This document shows, in pieces, positions 23,226-44,112 of a stretch of 64,000 nucleotides of DNA. The stretch comes from Selaginella moellendorffii (taxonomy: Eukaryota; Plantae; Lycopodiophyta): the NCBI RefSeq assembly GCF_000143415.4, contig NW_003314283.1:1726330-1790329 (forward strand). Reading direction: 5' to 3'. Numbering within the stretch: position 1 is the first letter of the stretch; every line of letters starts with the position of its first letter. The notes below the pieces were generated by a model, which saw only the letters and a program-made list of their open reading frames with translations, was not told where the DNA came from and searched no databases. The translations under genes and the position numbers were made by a program.

Positions 23226-26200
23226 ATGGAGGAATCATCGCAAGGGTTTCCAGCGGCGGGCGAAGGCGATGGAGGCTTAGGGTTTGTGGCAGCGGTGTAC
23301 ATGGGTCAAGATCACATCGGCGAAGTGAGGGTGCGAGCACAGTCGCCACTTCCTCCGCCGCTCCTCCTCCGCCCCAGGCCGCCGCCGCATTCGTCGTCAT
23401 CGTCATCGCCACCACTCCTGGCGGAGTCGCAGTCGCAGCCGCAAGCGATGACGACAGCGACGGCGACGGCGACGACGTCAACGCTGGTCAGCGCGGCGAC
23501 GACCATCACGGCCGCGACGACGAGCGGGAGTGTGGAGGTTGCTCGATCGGCGCTGGGATCGGGCATTCGCGTCGCCGCCCTCTCGCCGCCCAGCGAGCGA
23601 TGCCATCCTCTGGTGGTGATCCATACGGTGTCCATGGATCCGGTGTGGTTGAAGCTGGATGATCGGCACAAGACTTCTTCCTCATCGCCACCACCACCAC
23701 CATCGACATCGCCACGGCAATTGGACGGAGATGGAGCTCGATCGTCGAGCCCACTGCGCCATCTCTACAAGACTTGCATCGAGGAAGCAAAGGTAGTAAA
23801 AGATCAAACGCAAAGACTTTGCGCGCCAATCTCCCTCTCTCTCTTGTTTGGTCGCTTTGTTTTGTTTGAAACTTCCATCCTCCAATCCTCCATCCTTTCG
23901 TTGACACAACTTGATCTCAATCCATCCCTCCCAGCGGCAATCACAAAGGGAGCGCGTCAATTCACTCTTCCCTCGAATCTTGGAGAAGATTCGTGGCATT
24001 TTCTCCTTTCCCTTTTGCTTCCCAGCTCGCGAGATGGTGGTCCTAATTCTCTCTATCGCTCTCGTGTGGCGCAGGCGGCTGTGGTACCCATGGATGGAAA
24101 CGTGGAATTGCTCCTGGTGGCCGTGAAGAGCGAGACGAGCAGCAATGGGGAGCAAAAGGAGGATGGTTGCTTCTTCTGGGCGTTCGTGCTCCCGCGGGGC
24201 CTCTACGCGTCCTGCCTCGCCATGCTCAGCACAAGGTGCCTGGCCATGGTTCTGGATCTGGACGAGACGCTCATACTGGCCAACACGATGCGCTCCTTCG
24301 AGGACCGGATGGACGCGCTCAAGGCCCAGATCGACAAGCAGCGCATCCCGCTGCCCAACAAAGGCATGGACGCGCAGAAGCTCGCATGCCTCACCGCCGA
24401 GCTCAAGCGCTACTCGGACGACCGTGCGCTGCTCAAGCAGTTTGTGGATAGCGACTGCGTGATCGTGGACAACGGGAGGATCATCACGGCGCAGCTTGAG
24501 GAGGAGGTGATGAGACCAGTGATTCGAATTCCGGAGCGCAACATCATTCTCACCCGCGTCAACCCTGCCGTCAGCTAGAAACCATCCGGAAACTCGTTCT
24601 CACTTTCTTTTGTTCTTTGGCTTGATCCAGGTGAGAGATACGAGCGTTTTGGTGAGGATGAGGCCGGCATGGGAAGAGCTGCGAAACCACTTGGTGGCAA
24701 AAGATCGCAAGCGCTTTCAAGTCTACATTTGTACCATGTCGGAACGAGACTACGCAATGGAAATGTGGAGATTACTCGATCCAGGGGCGCGTCTCATTGA
24801 ATCCACAGAGCTCCAGCGAAGACTGGTTTGTGTCAAAGCAGGTGAATCAGAGTTCTTTGTTTGTCTTGTCCTTCTTACAAGTTTCTTGACCACTTTTTTT
24901 CTTGTATAGGCTCGAAGAAATCTTTATCAAGCATGTTTGAGCAGCTGCATTGCCATCCCAGGATGGCCATGGTGATTGATGATCGTCCCGAAGTTTGGGA
25001 GGACAAGGATCAGCCTCATGTTCATACTGTTCCTGCATTTTCTCCTTACTATGCACCACAAGCGGAGGTTGGATCACGGATTTTTTTCCGATCGATCTAT
25101 GTTTACATGTCCTTTTTTCTCTCTCTCTCTCTCTGCCATGCAGGCTAGTGCCCCGCTTCCAGTTTTGTGGATCGCACGAAATGTCGCATCGAATGTCCGG
25201 GCTGGTTTCTTCAAGTAAGTGGCGTTTTGCGAAGAAGGCTGTTGTGGCTAATCCAAATTGAAACATAGGTACTTTGACGAAGTCCTCCCGCAAAAGCTTT
25301 CTCAAGTTAATTTTGATACAAACGGCTTGACGCTGCCAGACCCTCCTTCCGCTGCGAATTACTTCACTATCGAGGTGAGCGACACTTACATTTTCCCTCC
25401 GGTTTCGAGTTTAAACACTAGCACTCCATGCAGATTGAAAACGTGATCCCAGAGAACAACAACTGTGTACCGAAATATTTCCCCGATGGTATCACGGGAC
25501 CAGAGGTCGCGATGGCCTTGTCACGCAAGGTAAATCTTGGTGTGAAACAACGCTTGAAGTTGTAATTGTTGCTGCGTGTTTGTTTGATTTGTAGGATCTG
25601 CAAAATGGCCACGCACACCAAAATGGAGAGTTAGCTCCAGCAGCCGGTGGCTGGCTGGAAGCGGAGGACGAGGAACAAGCGCAGCCGGATTCACCATCAA
25701 ACAAATCATGTGAAGCAAAAACTAGTGGAAAATGTCAGCAACAGGTATGTCATTCTCTTTTTCTTATGGTTGAGACGGATACGAACAATACTCTATTTGT
25801 TGCAGGAGCATGCAAATGGCAATGACCTAGCAGTCTTAAAAGGTTGTTTTTGCACCGTTCTTCCTGGTTATAGCTGACGCATGGATTTTCAGATTTAGAG
25901 AGGCTAACTATTATTGCCAAAGCATTAGATCTTTCAGATCTCCTTGTAGCGCTCAGGGACTTTGGTGACAAATCTAAAACGCAAGTATGTGTTGTCGTTT
26001 CTTGCCTTCAACTTGTTTTAAACTGGCTGTCTCAGGTTGAATTCCGGTGTTCTATTCGGCCAGCTCAAGCACTACAATTCTCTGCTGAGGTAAGTTGTTG
26101 TCTGCTGGTTTCTCAATTCTCGAAGTGTCAAGCACTCTGGTTCTTCCTGTAGGTGTTTTGCGATGGAATTAGGATTGGTGGTGGTGAGGGAAAAACAAAC

Positions 26201-27047
26201 AAGGAAGCCAAGACTCGGGCAGCTGAGGATGCTTTTAAGTACTTGACAAGTAAGTTTGATGTTTTGCCAGTGCGGTTTTGAGCTGGTATCCTTTGAATGT
26301 GGCAGAGTCAAGCGACTTATTACGGCAGGATGAGGACGTAGGCAATGCCAACGCTTCGCATTCCACGCCGAAAGGAAACCATGAGAAGAAGGCTCCAAGC
26401 TTCAACGCGGTTGCCGCACTGAGAGACATGGTAGGACAAAAATCTTTGGATTTCATGACCAAGTTCGTTGTTTTCTCTCTTTTAGCTTTATACTTTTTTC
26501 TTTTGTTTGAGTAGTGCAAAATCGAAGGATCCAAGGTTGAATACCTGGAGCGAGATTTTTCCAAGGGGATTTACATCTGCGAGGTGAGTGAGCGGTTTTG
26601 ACAAAAAGCTGGATTGATGAAACAAGGTTGTGTTTCTAGGTGGAAGTTGCCGGGGAAGTTTTGGGGAAAGGCAGCGGGCCTGATTGGGAGTCCGCGAGAC
26701 ACGAGGTAGAAACAAACTTCAATGCATTTTCTCGGGCTTAAGCTCCTCTACAGGCTGCAGCGCAGGCTTTAAGAGCAGTGGCGGCTCCAAAAAGGAGTAC
26801 ACACACAAACACACACAAAAAGCGGTATAGTCCACCACCGGCAAGGTAATGCTTCCTTCCATGGGCAGCAAATTCTTGACTTCTAAGTGCTTGAGGCTTG
26901 GCCAGGCTAACGAAGCGAACAAGGAACGGTGATGCGTTGAGGCCACCTCCGGCACCATCGTCAACCAACCGAGCAAGCTCGAGAGAGAGAACCGCTTCTC
27001 CAAGAAGGCCGAATAGCTATTATAACCAGCGGAGTAGAAGAAGATGA
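23226..27047 (+). CDS. CPL1: RNA polymerase II CTD phosphatase-like 1/2 family protein (FCP1-type phosphatase plus dsRNA-binding domains)
   Basis: [66 protein letters not shown], then dsRBD-like exons. Start and end are approximate; CPL1 vs CPL2 is not resolved. Confidence 0.88.
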
Positions 27048-27199
27048 GATTTTTATATCGACTTGCTTCCAACAAGTCCAAGCACTGTAAGTAGCTAACT
27101 TAAAACGACAAACGAGGAGTCCAGGAAGGTCTGTTCCTCGTGAATTTATCTCAAGTTTATTAAGGGCATAGGGCATTCTTTCTTTCGGCTTCTTCCAAG

Positions 27200-28197
27200 A
27201 TGAAGGTGATGGTGGCAGTGAAGCGGGTCGTGGATTATGCTGTCAAGGTTCGAATCAAGGCGGACAAGGTACGCTGGATTTGCTGCCGGAAGTGTCGACT
27301 GATGGATGATTTTTGCAGCGCAGAGTGGAGTGGAGACCTCGAACACAAAGATGTCGATGAATCCGTTTTGTGAGATTGCTGTGGAGGAGGCACTGCGGAT
27401 CAAGGAAGCAGGCAGAGCGTCGGAGGTGGTGGTGGTGAGCATGGGAGGCGAGCAGTGCGTGGAGACTATCCGTACTGGCTTGGCAATGGGTGCTGATCGC
27501 GGCCTTCATGTCATCACCCAGGATTCCTCCTCCTTATTTCCTTTGGCAGTCGCCAAGCTGCTCCAAGCGCTGGTGTCGTCCGAGCAGCCTCGTCTTCTCC
27601 TCCTGGGCAAGCAGGTTCTTCGTTTTTCTTTTCTTTGCATCCTTGATTGGAACTATAACTTTGTTCTTCTTTGAAGGCGATAGATGATGATTGTAATCAA
27701 ACTGGACAGATGGTAGCCGGGCTCTTGGGATGGCCACAAGCCACATTCGCATCCAAGGTATCCAGTGTTTTTGGAAGTTCTCTTTTTCTCTCACAGTTAC
27801 CATGATCGATTTGCAAAGGTTTCAATAAGTGATGACAAGGAGAGTGTTTGCGTGGAGAGGGAAGTGGACGGAGGAATCGAGACGATCCAGTTGCAACTCC
27901 CAGCAGTCGTAACGTAGTCGCGTTTTCCCTTCGTGTGTGAGTGTGCTTGACGACTGATTCGTTCGTGGCAGGGCCGACTTGAGATTGAACACCCCGCGCT
28001 ATGCGACCCTGCCCAACATCATGAAGGCTAAGAAGAAGAGCATCCAGAGAGTGACGCCGGAGGAGCTCAACGTTGTCATTGGCTCTGACTTGGAAGTGCT
28101 AGAGGTGACTGAGCCACCCAAGCGAAAGGCCGGTGTCATGGTCGCCTCCGTGGATGAACTCCTGGACAAGCTCAAGAACGAGGCTCGGGTGTTCTGA
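27200..28197 (+). CDS. ETFB: Electron transfer flavoprotein beta subunit
   Basis: [67 protein letters not shown]. Short GT-AG introns. Confidence 0.96.
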
Positions 28198-28294
28198 AAG
28201 GATCAATGAACTCCCTTCTATTTGACTGCTTCTTTTGTGGACAGTGTGCTAGAAAAACAAAAGAAAGAGTATGGAGGAGAGAAGAATCTGTTTG

Positions 28295-29195
28295 TCAACT
28301 TCCCACCAGCATTGTCTTTCGAAAGCCCAGCTGTGGCGCGGATCTTTGCGGCCTGGCACTGCGTTTGATCCCGTCATGCTGCTTTTGCGTGGCCGCGGGC
28401 AGTGATGATCTCCTGGGCATAGTCTTGCCGGCGTCGTGTGGATTCTTGTCACCCATGTAGATGGACACCTTTGTCTGACAACACGATCCCTCCACTTTGG
28501 TGAGCTTGGTCAGGACCCTCTCTAGAGAGCTGGCCAGTTCCATGGATAGCGCCTTTGCATCGTCCTCACTAGCGCTTGATCCCTGCGCTCCCATCCCATC
28601 GGGGAGCTTGTTCTTGTACACCAGCCTCCCGCTTAGTGTCGCGCTCGCAGACTCGAAATCCATCTCGAGTGTCATATGCTTGTGGTTGCCTGGCCGATCT
28701 CGTGCTGTTCTAGTTGTTGGTGGTGTTACTGGATCTCGTGATGTCGTTGCTGGTGGTGGTGTTGCTGGAATGTTTGGCTTTGGTTTGGACGTTAAAGCTA
28801 GCCGAGGAACCTCAAGAACGGTCTTGGGCTTCTTCAAGCCTTGCAAGGCAAGCTCGGCGTCAAGCTGGACACCCGTGCATTGCAAGATCCTGTCTCTCTT
28901 CGCCAGCAACTCTTTCCTGGCCGTGGCAGCGGCGGTAGTGGTGGTGGTGGCGGCGTTGCTAATCCCAGCCTTGGTTTTGGCCTTGGCAAGATCGAGAGGT
29001 GGCGCAGTCTGCACACCTCTGGACTTGGTGAGTGCCTCGGCCCTCCGGCTCGGCTTCTCAAGCCCCTCCAAGAGAATGTCGATGAGGTCCCCGTGAAACG
29101 CGGTGAGGAACTCGGGCTTGAGGTTGAGCCGCGCTCCCCTGCGACGCATGACAATCGCGAGAGCCACAAACCCTTGTAAATCCAAACCGTTTCAT
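28295..29195 (-). CDS. Unknown ~285-aa low-complexity protein immediately downstream of the CDK (start uncertain)
   Basis: Open frame of ~297 codons in frame with the CDK. Possible start ATG 29195 with a 49-bp GT-AG intron 29187-29139. Confidence 0.5.
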
Positions 29196-30628
29196 TGTAA
29201 CGGCATTGTTGCTGCCAGTGGTGGTGCTGGTAATGGTGGCGGCGGCGTAGGCAGCGGTGGCTCCTGGAACCAAGGATGCGCCAGTGCCGCGCTCGCGCTT
29301 ATCCTCTTGTCCGGGTCGTAGGCCAGAAGCTGGGCCAGGAGATCCAGCCCCTTCTCCGATAGCATGGGCCTCCCCGCCTGCGCAGCCGGGTAGAGTATCC
29401 GGTCCCGGAGAGCGCTGAGCTTGTGTGCCGGGAAGATGAAGCCCGGCTTCTCCAGCTGCGCCGTCCACACCATCTTCTTGATCCGGCGCAGCTGGTCGAT
29501 CTCCGAGGTGCCCTGGAAGAGCGTCTCGTTGAGGATGAGCTCCGCCATGATGCAGCCGAGCGACCACACGTCCACCGCCGCGGTGTAGTGGTACTGCTCC
29601 TCCTGGGTGCTGGCCAGCAGCTCGGGCGCGCGGTACCACATCGTCACCACCTTGTGCGTGTAGGCCTTGATGGGGCTGTCGTAGCGGCGGGCCATGCCGA
29701 AGTCGCAGATCTTGAGCTCGCCACCCGAGACTAGGATGTTGGACGGCTTGAGGTCGCGGTGGAGCACCCAGTTTGCGTGGAGGTAGGCCACCGCGTCCAG
29801 CAGCTGCTGCATCATATGCTTCACCACCGCGTGCTCCCACGGCTGCGGCAGCGCGGCCATCACGTCCTTGAGGTTCCGCTCGATGTACTCCATCACCATG
29901 AAGACGCTGTCCATGTCCTTGCCGATCACCACCTCGCGCACGTCCACGATGGCCGGGTGGCGCAGCGATATGAGCAGGTTGATCTCGCGCAGCGATGTGA
30001 CCGGGAATCCCTCCGTCTCCTGGTTGTGCATCTTGATCTTCTTGAGCGCCACAATCTCCTCGGTGCGCTTGTCGCGAGCCTTGTACACCACACCGTAGGC
30101 GCCCTCCCCGAGCCGCCCCAGCTTCTCAAACTCGTCCACGATCCGGCACTTGCCGCAGGGCGACGAGCACTTGACGTCCTGGACCTCGGGGGTGTGCGGC
30201 ACGCCCTGCTCCAGATCGCCGTCATCATCCAGCTTCGCTAAACCAGCCTCGCTCGTCTCCGCCACGTCCACCACTTTCACCTCGCTCATCTCAGCCTCCT
30301 CATTCACCACTTCCTCCTCCAGATCTGCTACTTCTAGCGTTACCACCGCTGCTACTTCTCCATCACTACAACTTACTGAAGCAGCACGCTCTTGCGAAGT
30401 AGTAGCAGGAGCTTGAGCTTGAGCAGTAGTGAGTTGTTCCTCCAGTTGAAGAAGAGAAGTCGCCAAGGGTTTGCTGGGGCTTGGGCTTCGATGCCGCCTC
30501 CTGCTACCGCCGCCACTGCTGCTGGAATGGTGGTGAGAGTAAGGATGGTGCCGCCCATCACCATGGCTGTACCTGTGGGACTTGCGATGACGAGAGGACG
30601 TAGAACGCTCGTCCATAACCCAGCTCAT
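29192..30628 (-). CDS. CDKG: CDKG/CDK11-like (PITSLRE-type) cyclin-dependent kinase, intronless
   Basis: GEGAYGVVYKA, VALKKIK, GFPVTSLREINLL, HRDLKPSNIL, ICDFGMAR, VVTMWYRAPELL. N-terminus rich in R/S/H and acidic residues. Confidence 0.9.
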   Translation of the reverse strand: MSWVMDERSTSSRHRKSHRYSHGDGRHHPYSHHHSSSSGGGSRRRHRSPSPSKPLATSLLQLEEQLTTAQAQAPATTSQERAASVSCSDGEVAAVVTLEVADLEEEVVNEEAEMSEVKVVDVAETSEAGLAKLDDDGDLEQGVPHTPEVQDVKCSSPCGKCRIVDEFEKLGRLGEGAYGVVYKARDKRTEEIVALKKIKMHNQETEGFPVTSLREINLLISLRHPAIVDVREVVIGKDMDSVFMVMEYIERNLKDVMAALPQPWEHAVVKHMMQQLLDAVAYLHANWVLHRDLKPSNILVSGGELKICDFGMARRYDSPIKAYTHKVVTMWYRAPELLASTQEEQYHYTAAVDVWSLGCIMAELILNETLFQGTSEIDQLRRIKKMVWTAQLEKPGFIFPAHKLSALRDRILYPAAQAGRPMLSEKGLDLLAQLLAYDPDKRISASAALAHPWFQEPPLPTPPPPLPAPPLAATMPLQ

Positions 30629-30656
30629 ACCAAAGGAAAAAGAGAGCCCTAAACTC

Positions 30657-31065
30657 TCATTTGTCCTTAAAGCTTCTACCTACCTGCAAGCAAAAAGGAA
30701 TGTACCCATGTCTTTGGAATTGAAACTGAATGAAGAACAAAAGAAACCTCATCCTTGATGTTTCGTAGCTGCTCAGCCAGCTCCTCTTTTTTTTGGACTC
30801 CTGTCAATAGCATAGAAATCTCTTCTTCTTTTTCTTGTTTCAAGGAAAACAAACACAAATACCTTTGTTGGCGAGGTCCTCAATAGCTTTCGACGATCGA
30901 ACTGCAAAACGCTGGAACTTAACACTGCCAAATAGAAGAAAAGGCGAAGAATAAAGTGATGCTCGTCTATCCATTTCCTCTGCGCTACCTGTTCGACAGA
31001 CGCTCTACAATCAGCTCATTTACAACATACTGCAGAGCTCGCTGAAAGATCCCGCTTCCCCTCAT
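30657..31065 (-). CDS. Small 72-aa conserved plant protein, 4 exons (31065-30989, 30924-30863, 30800-30748, 30683-30657); not in the ORF track
   Basis: Spliced product MRGSGIFQRALQYVVNELIVERLSNSVKFQRFAVRSSKAIEDLANKGVQKKEELAEQLRNIKDEVGRSFKDK*. All introns are GT-AG and frame-consistent. Confidence 0.85.
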
Positions 31066-31146
31066 AGCCCCGGCTCAAAACCCCACCACACTGGAACCCT
31101 AGGTAGAGTTCAGTTGCATTGGTTTTTAGAAAGCCTCCAAAGCGAG

Positions 31147-32501
31147 ATGAGTGATGGAGGCGACCCTGCTACTCCGCCACCGCCACCACCGCAGCAGCCA
31201 CCACCACCGCTCCAGCAAACACCACCAGTGAAGAAGAAACTGGTGCTAGTGATTGGAATGGTAGTCGCGATTCTGGCCGTGATGGTGAGTGCGCTTGTCA
31301 AGGATGACGAAGAAGGGCCGCTTGCAATGCCGGCTGTGGTGCGCCAGCATTTCCTGGGTGGCAAGTTTGTCAAGGTGGAGGTCGGGTGGAGGACGGTGAG
31401 AGTATTCGCGACCACGTCGGACCCGGATCAAGCTCAAGAGCTGGGCGATGGAGCACCGGTGGTGGTGTTGCTCCACGGGATGGGTAGCAGCTCTTTCATC
31501 TACAGGAAAGTGCAGCCATTGCTGGCGGCGGCGGGGTTTCGCGTCGTCGCCCTCGATCTTCCAGGGTCCGGGCTGTCGGACAAGTTCACGCTCGAGGAAT
31601 GGAAGCGCGAGCTCGGGGGATTGGAGTGGCTGGCGGCCGCCGCTCGGGCGGTGGTGAAGGAGATCGCGGACAAGGGATTCCTGTGGAGGTTGGAGCAGAT
31701 GTTCGAGACGGGTGCTCTTCCAGCTGCCGCCACTCGCGATATGCCCGCCGAGAAGGTTGAGATTGTCAAGTGGCCCGTGGGAGGAGACACTCAAGAGCAG
31801 GCACAGGCTCTCGCCCAGCTCCTCCGCTCTCTCCTCCCGATCCAAGATCTGGATCTCCATCTGGTTGCCCATGACACGGCCTCAGAGGTGGCGAGAGCTT
31901 ACTCCGTTGCTACGGCTGCCTCGAGCATGAGAGTGCGCAGCGTCACCATTCTGGATTCGTCTCCGGCGAGGCCGGCGCTGCCCGTCTTGTTGCTGGGCAG
32001 CCCGGGAGTGGGATCTGCGTTGCTCCGCTCCACGCTCGCCTACGCGTGGCTCGTGAGGCGGTGCTGCATGCCGACGCTGCCAGTGGACGTCGCCCGGGCT
32101 CACGCGTTCTTGCTCCGGCGCGGGAATGGCAGAGCCGCGCTGCTGGAGATGGCGAGGATGGCCAACTCGAGCGTCACACCTTGGCGTGGTGCCGATATCG
32201 CAATGCAGCTCTTGTGGGCTTGCGGCTGGTCCGAGCAGTGGAAAACGGAAGGAGAGCGGGCTTCACAGATGCTGGCGCCGGGATCTTTGTTTCGGTGTCA
32301 CACCGGCAGCCGATGGCCTCAGGTGTGTGTCTGTCACCATTTTTTCTAGCGTCCTCTCGTTGTTACTAACAAGTTCGCATATCTCAGGAGGATGTCCCTC
32401 AAGAAGTTTCCGATGCGATCAAGAATCTGGTCTCGTCAACCAAGTCAAAGACGTGCTCCATCCAAGCCGGAGATCCCCATGCATGCACGACGGCCAACTA
32501 A
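31147..32501 (+). CDS. AXR4: AUXIN RESPONSE 4-like alpha/beta-hydrolase-fold membrane protein
   Basis: N-terminal TM helix, VRQHFLGGKFVKV, LLHGMGSSSF, DLPGSGLSDK, KGFLWRLEQMFETG, HTGSRWPQ|ED. One intron. Confidence 0.85.
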
Positions 32502-32604
32502 ACACGTATAGATATCTTCTCCGTATTGAAAGCGGTACCGAGCAATGCTTGAGCTTGAACCAATGGGGGAGCCTCAAAAGCTTGTAAGAAAGCTCGCTTG
32601 GGTG

Positions 32605-33088
32605 TTACACATTCTTGTTCTTCTTCACTTTGGAGGGTGGCCACCGCCCTTTCTTGCGCAGCATCCTCTTCCGCTTGAGCCTCTTCCTCCGGAGCTCCAT
32701 CCTCTTCTTCTTCCGCTTGAGGATCTCCGCCTCGGACCTCAACGCCGCGATGGGATTGGAGGCTGCGGGCGAGGCTTCCAACTGTGGTGCTCCTTGTTCT
32801 TCCTCTAGCTGGGGCACGGCTGTTGGATCGGATGCTGCTGCTGCCGCTGCTGCTGTGGAGCTGGGAGCGCTGGGGGATGATGTGAATCTGAATCTCAGCG
32901 CGGGCGTGCTCTGGAACAAGCATTGCGGGCTCGCGTGCCTGCCTCAAACATCATCACTCGCGGCTTCCACGCAATGCTAGAAGAGGTGTGAGCAGAAGCG
33001 CTAACCTTGTGGACCATGGAGCCGCCACAACGGGGACCCTTCGCGCCACCGCCGCCACGGCCACCGGCATTGGCATCGCCATAGCCAT
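32605..33088 (-). CDS. PSRP5: Plastid-specific 50S ribosomal protein 5 (cL37)
   Basis: C-terminus RRKRLKRKRMLRKKGRWPPSKVKKNKNV. Transit-peptide-like N-terminus. One intron. Confidence 0.9.
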
Positions 33089-33400
33089 CTCTATTGCGGA
33101 TAGATAAACCCCCTCCGTACGGCGGGAATATCCCCCTCGTGTTCGTACACGACGCGCAACGCGCAAGCCAGGACTTTCCTTGTGCTTTTGTGGGTAAGCC
33201 GCGTGGTGCTGGGCCGTACCGACACGTACACGATCACTTTTTATATAGATGCCCATCGCCATAGACAGGGCAAACCAAGCGATCATCCAGGCATCTAGAA
33301 CACTGTAAGTGGCAAGCGCTCAAATTCGAGATCTCAAGCTCGTAGCAGCTAGCCTAGCAGGAGAGGAGAGGATCGATCGGGGCAACAGTCCAGCAACAGG

Positions 33401-33601
33401 ATGTTTTTCTTCTTGCCATTGATCTGTGGCGAGAGCCGCAAGGTGAAATCGGCGACCCCCGCGAGTGGAATGTGCCCCGTGTGTGGATCGCAAGCCAGCA
33501 ATGTCAAAGTGCGCAGCACATTCAAGTGCTGCTTCATCCCCGTGTGCTGCTACTCTTCCCACGACACCGTGTGCACGCGCTGCGGCGCCCATCTGCGCTA
33601 G
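33401..33601 (+). CDS. Small zinc-ribbon protein (two CxxC motifs, plant family)
   Basis: 66 aa: GMCPVCG...FKCCFIPVC...CTRCGAHL. Confidence 0.8.
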   Translation: MFFFLPLICGESRKVKSATPASGMCPVCGSQASNVKVRSTFKCCFIPVCCYSSHDTVCTRCGAHLR

Positions 33602-33790
33602 AGCAGCGGCAAATCTTTGGGCACCGCCATAGCCTTAGCTCGCTTCTCTCTCTCTCTCTTATTACCATGTAAAACTTAAAATTTGTAAATACCACGAGCT
33701 AGGGTTTTCGTTTTCTTGGTGCCACTTTACCTAGGGATTGGGATTGAGCTAGCTGGGCGCTGCTAGCAGCGGCAAGCAATCGAGCAAGCG

Positions 33791-42201
<8,411 letters not shown>

Positions 42202-42503
42202 GAGAGTCTGTTGATGTGTTGTAACCTTTTTAAATGTATCGATGACTAATATTCCCGCCAACGTGTCCAAGCCGTCTAGATTAGGGTTCTTGGAGGCTGT
42301 AAGGAAGCGCGGGCGGCTGGGACACCAGAATGGGTGAGCACCTCTCCTTGCCCTTGCTCATTTCTTGCTGCTAGCAGTGCTTGATGTGTTCCGGTTTGTC
42401 AAATCCCTCCCCATATGCGTGCCTGGTGGTGGCGCATCCAGAGTTTTGGATTCTTGAGATGGCGAAGACATCATGATCGAGTGGCCCACTAGCAGCACTA
42501 GAA

Positions 42504-44112
42504 ATGCCTCGGAAGTCATCCAGAGAATTTGGTGACGTTGGTGGCTACGGTGGTGGAGATGGTAGCGGCGGATCATCCACCTCCTCTCCCTCCTTGTCAT
42601 CGCCCGGCACCGTCCGGGCCATGCAGGGGCCGAGCTCAAGGTCTAGCAGCAGCAGCGCGCTGCCCCGCAACTCACTCCTCGTCTCCAACCTTTCTTCATC
42701 GGTGCCAGCGCGCCACTCATCTTCCTCGCGGGCAGCTCACTCCAAGAGCATCAGGCTGAATGTGGAGGCGCTGCCATCCTTCCGGGACGTGCCGGCATCC
42801 GAGAGGCAGAACCTGTTCATCAAGAAGCTCGCCTTCTGCTGCACACTCTTCGACTTCAACGAGCCCACCAGGAACGTCCGGGACAAGGAGGTGAAGCGCC
42901 AGACCCTGCTGGAGCTGGTGGACTACCTTACAGCAGGCACCACCAAGCTGTCCGAGGCGGTGTTCGACGACATTGTCAAGATGGTGGCGGCCAACATCTT
43001 CCGGGCCCTGCCGCTGGCGCCCTACCACAGCTCCGGGGCTTCCACCGGAGGCATGCTGGACGCGGCCGAAGACGAGGAGCCCTCACTGGAGCCCTCCTGG
43101 CCTCACCTCCAGGCGGTTTACGAGCTACTGCTCCGCTTCGTGGTGTCGGCAGACGTGGAGGCCAAGGTGGCCTCCAAGTATATCGACCAGCAGTTTCTAC
43201 TTCGGCTGCTGGATCTCTTCGACTCAGAGGACCCACGGGAGAGGGAGTACTTGAAGACTATAATGCACAGGATCTATGGCAAGTTTATGCTCCACCGCTC
43301 CTTCATCAGGAAGGCCGTCAACAACATCTTTTACCAGTTCATCTACGAGACGGAGAAGCACAACGGCATTGCCGAGCTGCTGGAGATCCTGGGGAGCATC
43401 ATCAATGGCTTTGCTCTGCCGCTCAAGGAGGAGCATAAGACGTTCCTGGTGCGAGCCTTGATTCCACTGCACAAGCCCAGGGGCCTGCCATTGTATTACC
43501 AGCAGCTTGCCTACTGCGTGTCACAGTTTGTGGAGAAGGACCCCAAGCTCTCGGCGCTAGTCATCCAGGGGCTCCTCAGGTACTGGCCAGTAACCAACAG
43601 CCAGAAGGAGGTATTGTTTCTCAACGAGTTGGAGGAGATACTGGACGCCTGCCAGCCGGAGGAGTTTGCGGAGATGATGGTTCCTCTGTTCAAGCAGCTG
43701 AATCATTCCATCAACAGCCAGCACTTTCAGGTAGTAGCGCTACTCGGTGCTTCCCGATTTCTCAACCGCGGCTCCACTCTGCTGATCGCAGGTGGCCGAA
43801 CGCGCGCTCTTCCTTTGGAACAACGACCACATTGTGAGCCTGGTAACGCAGTTCAGGCACGTCATCCTCCCCCTCCTTTTCCCAGCTCTAGAGAAGAACG
43901 TGAGAAGCCACTGGAGCCAACCCGTGCACGGCCTCACCATGAACGTCCGGAAGATGTTCCTGGAGATGGACACGGAGCTGTTCCAGTCGTGCCAGCACGA
44001 GTATGTAGACGACGAAGACAAGGCCAAAGACGCACAGGAGAAGCGAGACAAGACATGGAAGAGACTCGAAGAAGCTGGTGCTGCTCCCTCCCGTGCCCAG
44101 TCAAAAAGGTGA
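42504..44112 (+). CDS. PP2A regulatory subunit B' (B56)
   Basis: [55 protein letters not shown]|[11 protein letters not shown]. One intron. Confidence 0.96.

Noticed and set aside
26287-26295. GTATCCTTT as a U12 intron donor in the CPL gene
   Set aside because: It lies near the 3' end of an ordinary GTAAGT...GCAG intron and is not needed for the frame.
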